Source of the DNA: Salpingoeca rosetta
Lineage: Eukaryota; Protista; Choanoflagellata
Assembly (NCBI GenBank): GCA_033442325.1
Contig: JAWQFM010000026.1
Span: forward strand, 590,328-654,327
Direction: 5' to 3'
Length of the DNA stretch: 64,000 nt
Of the stretch, positions 56,212 to 64,000 are shown piece after piece; the first letter of the stretch is position 1; each line of letters starts with the position of its first letter. Both the position numbers and the translations under genes were made by a program. Below the pieces are notes generated by a model. That model worked only from the letters and a program-made list of their open reading frames with translations. It was not told the DNA's origin and searched no databases.

Positions 56212-57761
56212 CACAGACACAGACACCCACACACAGACACCCACAGACACAGACACACAACACACCCAACGTACCCATGTGAGGAGCTGGGGTGCACTCT
56301 GGTCCTGGGAGGTGTATCCCTGGTTGAGGACGGTTGCGTGCATCTTGGTGACGCGCCACCCAATACCGTACAGCTGCTCCAGCACCCGCCACGACGCCTC
56401 GGACCTGCACCCAGGGGTCGGTGGCGGTGGCGGTGGTGGTGTATAATATACACATATGTATATATGTGAGTGTGTGTGAGTGTGAGTGCGAGTGTGTCTC
56501 GTGGAGGAGAAGAGGAAGAGACTTGTGGATCCAGATGAGAAAGTGGAGGAGGGAATGCATTGGGAGGTACAAGAACCGGCAACACACACACACACACACA
56601 CACGCACACACACACACACGCACACACACTACACACACACACAGACACAGACACAGACACAGACACAGACACAGACACAGACACAGGCACACCTGATACA
56701 GACACAGACACAGGCACACCTGAGGAACATGAAGAGGCCGCGCTCGGCGCTGTTGCGGAAGTCCCGTCCATATGTCGCTGGATCGAGGAACCGCTTAAAC
56801 GGCAGTGTCAGTCGCAGAATTGGGTGTGCCGCAATCAGATCAAGCATGTGCTGTGGATGGAGCACATGTCGTGGTGTGACAGAGGACATCCATGTGAGCA
56901 GTGATGCTTAGGGTTTCTGACCACCACTGACAATGCCACGTCTCAGCATTGCAGGCACAGAAGCAACAAACACACGCACACACACAGACCTACAGACACA
57001 GATACAGACACACAGACACACACGCGCGCACACAACATACAACACAGACACACGCAGACACACACAATACATCGCAACAGCAGCAGCAGCAACAGCACCG
57101 ACTTTGAGGCCTTGCATGCGCTTCTGGAGGAACGCCTTGTCCGTGTTGCCGAACATCTTCTTTGGAGGAAGCGGCAGCGTCATGCCACTCAGCGCACTCA
57201 TCTCTTGAGCAAAGGCGGCAAAGTCGCTGTAGCGGTGCCGCACCTGCACACACACACATGCGTAGTCGCGATTCGAGGTGAGCTGATGAAGCACGGAGAT
57301 CCAGATCAGTGCGATCTCTGATACGCACACAGGCACACAGGCACACACACACACGTACCTGGATGGTCTCCCCAAGTGCGCCTCGCGTTACGTTCAAGAC
57401 ATACACCTGTGGACACACACACACACACATGCACATGTGTCACGTAAACAAACCAAGGGTGTATGGGACTCTGGCGGTCATAAGAAGCAGCACACATATC
57501 CTCCAAGTGTCTTTGCTGCAGAATCACTCACGATGTGGCCCTCCTTGGCTTGCTCGAAGCCAGCAAACTGAAAGGACAGCTCTGACGCTTCGTCCGCAGG
57601 CATGCTGTTGCGCATGCGTGTTTGTACGTGCGTTGTGTGCGCGCGTTGTGTGTGTGTGTGTTTGCTCGTGTCAGTGGGAGGGTGGTGTTGGGTTGTTTGG
57701 CAAGAGATCGCAACGCAAAAACAGACACGCACCACAACAATCTCTGATCCACCTTCACTTC

Positions 57762-57825
<64 letters not shown>

Positions 57826-57854
57826 CTGTACCATTTGCCGTCCTTGCTGCTCAT
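53521..57854 (-). CDS. PXK: PX-domain kinase-like protein (PXK/Slob family pseudokinase); 3' end uncertain
   Basis: PX: VRHRYSDF, LPLPPKKMFGNTDKAFLQKRMQGL, FKRFLDP. Kinase-like: IGWRVTK, GSLRDLI, LFGRQIL|EALKFLHDRGLPYGHLHAGNV (no HRD), ITDVENGVLGLPS, DVYCFGQLLYEM, LPTIAQLLQEPFF. Confidence 0.88.
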
Positions 57855-57985
57855 CTTGATGTGAATGTGTCCCACGGCGGACAATGAGCGAGCGAGTGAG
57901 TGGATGGGAGTGAGTGTTGTGTGTCTTGTGTGTCCTCTCTCCAAACGCTTGCTTGTGTGTGCTTCCCACCCTCGCACACAAAGGC

Positions 57986-58015
57986 AAAAATGACTTTCTC
58001 ATAAAGTCAATTTTT
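57986..58015. promoter_or_regulatory. Dyad-symmetric element in the PXK / claudin-like divergent spacer
   Basis: AAAAATGACTTT-ctcat-AAAGTCA(A)TTTTT inverted repeat; function not shown. Confidence 0.35.
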
Positions 58016-58081
58016 CCCTTGCTTGCCAACCCAGAAGGCGGATACAGACAGTTGTTGTTGACATACACCCCAACAACGACG

Positions 58082-58505
58082 ATGCAGGTGCTGTGCACAC
58101 ATTTGATGCTGGTCCTGGTGCCGCTCATCCTGTTCATTGTGGCGCTGAGCCTCAACACCTGGGCGGAGATCGACGACTTGCTGGTGAGCAGCGGCGATAT
58201 GCATTTCTAAACACTGCAAATGCGCGCGTGTGCTGCGTGCGTGTGTGTGTGCCTTGCGAGATTGTGTTTGGTGGTCATGGCATAGATGACGGTTGAAAAC
58301 CTCACACATCTGCATTCTGTTCGCTTTCTTTGTGTCAGATCTCTGGCACGCATCTGGACTATGGTCTCTTCCAAGTGTGCGGGTATGACTCATATCCACC
58401 AGAACTGAACATCACCAGCAACTGCTACGCATGTAAGTGACGGGCTGTCATGTGATGTGGGTGCATGCATGAGCAAGTCAGTTATGCGATGTGATTGGTG
58501 CTTGT

Positions 58506-58541
<36 letters not shown>

Positions 58542-59975
58542 TTGTGTGTGTTTGTGTGTATGTGTGGGTGTGTGCCTGGTTTTCATGTTTGCGATCTTGT
58601 ACACTTTGTTTACCTTTCGTTTGCGATCTTGTACACTTTGCTCACTTGCTTTGCCTCTTTCCTCCCCCGCCCTCCTCCCCTCCCTCGAAACACACAGACA
58701 ACAGCGATGCCATCCCGCCTGCGTTGAAGCGAACCAACCACTTGGCCGAAGTGTATGGGTGTGGGAGCTGCGACCACCGCAGGAAAACAACCATCGCCTT
58801 TACCATCATGGCCGTCTTGTGTGAGTTGCGAAGCTACGTGTTTTGCACCGCGAGCCATATCAAGCGTTCTTGCCCTGTGCAGCCCTCTCCACAGCCATAT
58901 TGGTATCATGTATTCACACACACACACGCACACACACACGCACACACACACACACACATATGCACTCGTTGCTGGTGGCCAGGGCTGGGCGTTGCTGCTC
59001 TGTTCACGTGCATCGATGTCGAGGATGGTAACGGCGACTCGGATGCCGTTGGATTTCCCGCCATGGCCGCAGGTTGAACAATGTGCCCCGAACACACGTG
59101 TGGAAGGATAGTGAGGGGGCGTGGTTGTGGTAGCTTGTGCTGTGTTTGTGTGGGATCCACTCTTTGTGTGCTGGAACACACTCACCATCAACTCACCATA
59201 CACTCACCACCGCCACACTGCATCCACGATCAGCCGTCTTTGGTGTGATTGGCTTTGCCGTGTGGATTGTGCTGATTCGCTTCGACTACAACAAGGACCG
59301 CAAGTGGATCGAGCTCGCAAACGGGTCAGTCACACGCGTGTTGATGTGTGCGTGCGTGCGAGTGCGTGTGTACGTGTGTATTGATGTGTGCGTGTGCTGT
59401 CCAATTCGTGTACTTTCGCATGCTTATCCCCTTTCCCCGCCTCTATATACCTCACCACCACCACCACCACCACCACCACCACCACCACCACCACCACCAC
59501 CAGGGAGAGCCAGCCCACGCTGCGAGACAGCACGGCGGTGCACATCGCTGCGGCAGCGTGGGTGTGTTCGTTCCTCCTTGGCATTGTCATCTTCAACCTC
59601 AACGCCAACGAGACCACAGGCGTGTGCACGCAGTCCCAGAAGCAACGCTTCCCGCACACCACATCATCATCATCATCATCGTCATCGTCATCAGCAGCAG
59701 CACGTGGTGGCGGTCACGGTGATCAATATGAGCCCGAGTTTGAGCTTGGTCCGCCGCCCGGCGTTGCGCACGACACTCCATCGCGGTGAGGCCTCTGGCG
59801 GCGTGTGTGTGTCTCATGTGTGTGTCATATGTGTGTGTGTCTCATATGTGTGTGTGTGTGTGTGTGTGTGCTTGGATCAGGGTTTAACTTATGTGCGTGG
59901 CAGGCACTGTCGTTCGTGTTATTTTTTGCATAAATATTTAAACCGTAGACCGAACTCACGCATGCACACCCACTA

Positions 59976-60072
<97 letters not shown>

Positions 60073-60276
60073 GCCAGGGTGCCTGATGAGGTGCTGCGAG
60101 CGCGGTCTGCAACATCCCCGCCGACAGAGACCACCACAGCCGCCGCCACAACAGCCACCAGCCCCGAGATCACCACCACCACGACTGACATGACGTCTGG
60201 CATCACGTCTGGAACGCCTGTGGACCGCCCGCCGGCATACACCGCTGTCGTCGACGCAGAGTCGCACGTGCGTTGA
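58082..60276 (+). CDS. Claudin/PMP22-like tetraspan membrane protein
   Basis: TM1 LMLVLVPLILFIVALSL; loop-1 signature TW...YGLFQVC...NC (W-GLF-C-C); three further hydrophobic helices (IAFTIMAVL|..LGVAALF, AVFGVIGFAVWIVLI, IAAAAWVCSFLLGIVIF); S/T-rich tail with PPAY. Seven exons, the last 60078-60276. Confidence 0.75.
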
Positions 60277-60338
60277 ATGGCGACGGTGGTGCTGGTGATG
60301 ATGATGATCATATGTGTGTACGCGCGCGCGTGTGTGTA

Positions 60339-60375
<37 letters not shown>

Positions 60376-60412
60376 GTGTGTGTGTAAGTTTGTGTGTGTG
60401 TGTGTGTGTGTA

Positions 60413-60449
<37 letters not shown>

Positions 60450-60874
60450 GTGTGCGTGTGTGTTTGCGTGCACGGACGTGGTCACGTAACACCGCTTGCC
60501 TGCTTGGTTCTTGCTGTCTCGGTGCTTGCGTTGCTCTTTGTCTTCTTCACCGTTGACGCCGCGTAGCTCTCACTGACGAATACCCAACACACACACCACA
60601 CACACTGGCTCGCTTGCTTGCAGGCATGAACAGAAACGGCAGCTGTGAATGACAGGGAAGACTTTTGTGTTCTTCACATGCAACGTCTACTTGTCGCTTC
60701 ATTTTGACCACGGCCCCCATCGCCTCCTTCTGTCATTGAGCCCAAACCTGGGGTTTGTTCTGGCGTTACATTCCAAGTGCCTGCTATCATCATGTGTGTT
60801 TATTGCATTGACATGAATTGAATTGAATACAGCCAAATCTGGAAACAAAGCAGGCGATGCAACCTGTGCATGCG

Positions 60875-60974
60875 NNNNNNNNNNNNNNNNNNNNNNNNNN
60901 NNNNNNNNNNNNNNNNNNNNNNNNNNNNNNNNNNNNNNNNNNNNNNNNNNNNNNNNNNNNNNNNNNNNNNNNNN
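60875..60974. other. Assembly gap (100 N)
   Basis: Run of N. Confidence 1.
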
Positions 60975-61002
60975 TCCCCCCCCCCACACAACACGCACAC
61001 AC

Positions 61003-61061
<59 letters not shown>

Positions 61062-61108
61062 GACATGCACCTTACACGCAGCGTTGCGCCACCACTGCTC
61101 GGTGACGT

Positions 61109-61682
61109 TCACGCGCTCCTGACGGGGATGACTATGGAGCAGCAGGTGAGAGCACCATCCGCCTTCTGCGCTTCAAAGTTCTCAACAAAGATGGGCCGCA
61201 CTTCCCCCGACGGGCCTTTGCACAACCGTGAGAGGCTATCGTCGCCACGCTGTGTGTGATACAAACAATCGCCTATGCGGAGAATGTTCGCGGCATTCAA
61301 AGCCGTGAAGACCACGGGTGGGACCGCCAGCCCACGCTCTTCCAGCGATGCGGTGATGGATGCCCACGCACTGCGCCCGTCGTCCGTGTCCGCGGCAACA
61401 AACCCGAGATCAGGGCCCGCCCACGTCACGACCGACTTGAGGTGCAACGAGTTTGCACCTAGGTGGATGGGGACGACCCGGAAACTCCCAGTACCATGCA
61501 CGCCAGTCTCTCGCTCAAAGGCCGCCTGCAATGCGCGGTGGCCCAGCTCGTTGGTTCGTGTGGACACGCCGACGTACATGGCGTTGTCCGTGGTGAGGAC
61601 GTCCCCGCCGTCGCAGGTAGCATCTGGCCACCGCTCACGCATTACGTGAATCGTATGCAGATCCGCGACCTCACTGTGCTGC

Positions 61683-61714
<32 letters not shown>

Positions 61715-62098
61715 TTGCTGCTGCTGTTGTTGTTGTGCCTTTGTCTCTTCCAATAGTTTGGTGACGGCGGCCAGCGTGGCCGCCTCCTCGCCCTTTCTCG
61801 AATCCGCCCCAGGGTTGGTGATGACGCAGGTGCCGTTGGCGACCACGGCCGTGTCCTCGATGAACATGCAGTCTGGAAACCGCTCGTCTGCGTCCAGCTC
61901 AACGACGCGCGCCACGTGTGGGTTGAGCCGCAGCTGCTCCACATACGCTGCATGCTCCGTCACTGCCCTGTCCACATCAATCCTCAATGCCTCCGCCGCA
62001 TCCTCGTCGTTCGTGGCGTTGCTGCTCGCGTAGTGCTGCAACGCCTCTGTAAATGACCTTGGCACGCGCCGCGTCAAGCACACCACCCGTCTCATCAT
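61109..62098 (-). CDS. DDAH: Dimethylarginine dimethylaminohydrolase (amidinotransferase/pentein family), intronless
   Basis: ADERFPDCMFIEDTAVV, ITNPGADSRKGE, DGGDVL, VGVSTRTN, LHLKSVVT (catalytic His), KADGALTCCSI (catalytic Cys). Confidence 0.93.
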
Positions 62099-62250
62099 TG
62101 TGTGTGTGTGTGTGTGTGTGTTTGGAGGGGGGGATCGACTGATCGAGTGAGTGAGCAGCAACACAGACGGACGTGTGTGATGTGTGTGATGATTGTTGCT
62201 TCACTTCTTTGAGTCCTTTCCCACCAAAGTTTGGACGATCTGTTGGCATC

Positions 62251-62875
62251 NNNNNNNNNNNNNNNNNNNNNNNNNNNNNNNNNNNNNNNNNNNNNNNNNN
62301 NNNNNNNNNNNNNNNNNNNNNNNNNNNNNNNNNNNNNNNNNNNNNNNNNNNNNNNNNNNNNNNNNNNNNNNNNNNNNNNNNNNNNNNNNNNNNNNNNNNN
62401 NNNNNNNNNNNNNNNNNNNNNNNNNNNNNNNNNNNNNNNNNNNNNNNNNNNNNNNNNNNNNNNNNNNNNNNNNNNNNNNNNNNNNNNNNNNNNNNNNNNN
62501 NNNNNNNNNNNNNNNNNNNNNNNNNNNNNNNNNNNNNNNNNNNNNNNNNNNNNNNNNNNNNNNNNNNNNNNNNNNNNNNNNNNNNNNNNNNNNNNNNNNN
62601 NNNNNNNNNNNNNNNNNNNNNNNNNNNNNNNNNNNNNNNNNNNNNNNNNNNNNNNNNNNNNNNNNNNNNNNNNNNNNNNNNNNNNNNNNNNNNNNNNNNN
62701 NNNNNNNNNNNNNNNNNNNNNNNNNNNNNNNNNNNNNNNNNNNNNNNNNNNNNNNNNNNNNNNNNNNNNNNNNNNNNNNNNNNNNNNNNNNNNNNNNNNN
62801 NNNNNNNNNNNNNNNNNNNNNNNNNNNNNNNNNNNNNNNNNNNNNNNNNNNNNNNNNNNNNNNNNNNNNNNNNNN
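62251..62875. other. Assembly gap (625 N)
   Basis: Run of N. Confidence 1.
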
Positions 62876-62934
62876 GTACCAAACGGCACAACATTCGCTT
62901 GATCTCCTGCTTGTGCTTCTTCTCCCTCTGCCGC

Positions 62935-63975
62935 ATGACATCATTCCTCACACGCTACTCGTGGTTGAATGTTGCGCTGCCTTGGCTCACCACAGAACGT
63001 AAGCTTCTCGCTCAAACCGACGCTGGTCACGGACACATCCCCCACCGCAGCACACTCACGTCACACTCCTCCTCCTCCTCCTCCTCGTCTCCTTCGTCTG
63101 CCACACCGCCTGCGCAACGGCCAGGCTCGCAGTCGCCACCATCGCCACCGTCACCGCCCTCTCCGTCCCACGATGAGGCCTCCTCCGCATCCCACGATGG
63201 CCGCTGGGCAAACATGCGCGCGCGGTTCAGCCCGTGGAACCGGCTGCTGTTTGCACTTGGTCGACAGCCCGCCGTGCGCCCGCAGGAGTCGCTCGAGGAC
63301 GACGAGTACGAGTATGGAGATGACTATGACGATGAGGACGGCGATGAGGAGAGTGGAGGCGACTCCCAAGGCGGTAAGGATTTTTTTTGGACGACGCGCG
63401 ACGGATGGATGCGTGCTGTGTGCGATTGTGACTGTGTGTGTGTGTGTGTGATTTTGATTGTACGTGTGATTGTGATTGTGCGCGCGCACTTTTTGTGTGT
63501 TCTGTGTGGTTGGAGGCACTCCCTCCTGTTTCTTGCAAGTGCCAATCGCCATGTTGACTTCAGAAGCACACGCACGATACACACACACAAACACACGCAC
63601 ATACACACACGCACATACACACACACACACTGACACATACACTCACTCACTGACACAAACACTCACGCACTGACTCGCTCCTGTGTTGTGTTCTCTACAA
63701 CAACTAACATGCGCAGGCGACAGTGCCGGGAGCGATGGTGCACTTGGCACGAGCTACGGCAACGACGTGCAGCTGTGCCCGCACACGCAGCAGCACACCG
63801 TGGATCTGTGCGCACTCCCACCAGCTAACGGCACCACCACCACCACCACCACCACCAGCAGCGGCAGTGCTAATGGCAATGGCAATGGAGGTGTGGAGGA
63901 CCACCAAGCCCATGCACTGCATGCACATGCACGAGGCAGCGTCGAGTTTGTGGGGCACCAGGGCAGCAGGCGCAA
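62935..63975 (+). CDS. 5' exons of an unknown gene (S/P-rich and acidic), probably continuing beyond the window
   Basis: Exon 62935-63373 (MTSFLTRYSW...DSQG, donor G|GTAAGG) joins in frame to 63718-63975 (DSAGSDG...GSRR, donor GTGAGG). The true start may lie in the upstream gap. Confidence 0.55.
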
Positions 63976-64000
63976 GTGAGGCAACTGTGTTGTGTTCGCA

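Noticed and set aside
58587-58640. 22-bp direct repeat (gtttgcgatcttgtacactttg) in a claudin-like intron
   Set aside because: Only two copies; consistent with a local slippage duplication and no sign of function.

Overview
Eukaryotic, gene-dense, intron-rich genomic DNA. Introns are GT-AG and full of (CA)n/(TG)n and trinucleotide microsatellites, and there are four assembly gaps. This style, together with the holozoan-type gene set, suggests a choanoflagellate such as Salpingoeca rosetta (inference). Most six-frame ORFs are microsatellite artefacts, so I rebuilt genes by hand-splicing. In order: 3' end of an unknown gene, ATF4-like bZIP factor, BCKDK/PDK-family kinase, NDUFAF2, SEC24C/D, orphan type I membrane protein, NTAQ1, FAM50, TPP1, tail-anchored protein with 12 DnaJ-type CxxCxGxG motifs, a ~1000-aa FSH1/OVCA2 hydrolase-RWD-Ygr210-type OBG GTPase fusion, RibD-C/DHFR-fold protein, G3BP-like protein, NDUFV2, PSMG1, PFDN6, PXK-like PX-pseudokinase, claudin-like protein, DDAH, and the 5' part of an unknown gene. 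The strongest novelty candidate is the 17-exon in-frame hydrolase-RWD-GTPase fusion at 33155-39985. All family assignments come from motif recognition; no database search was run.
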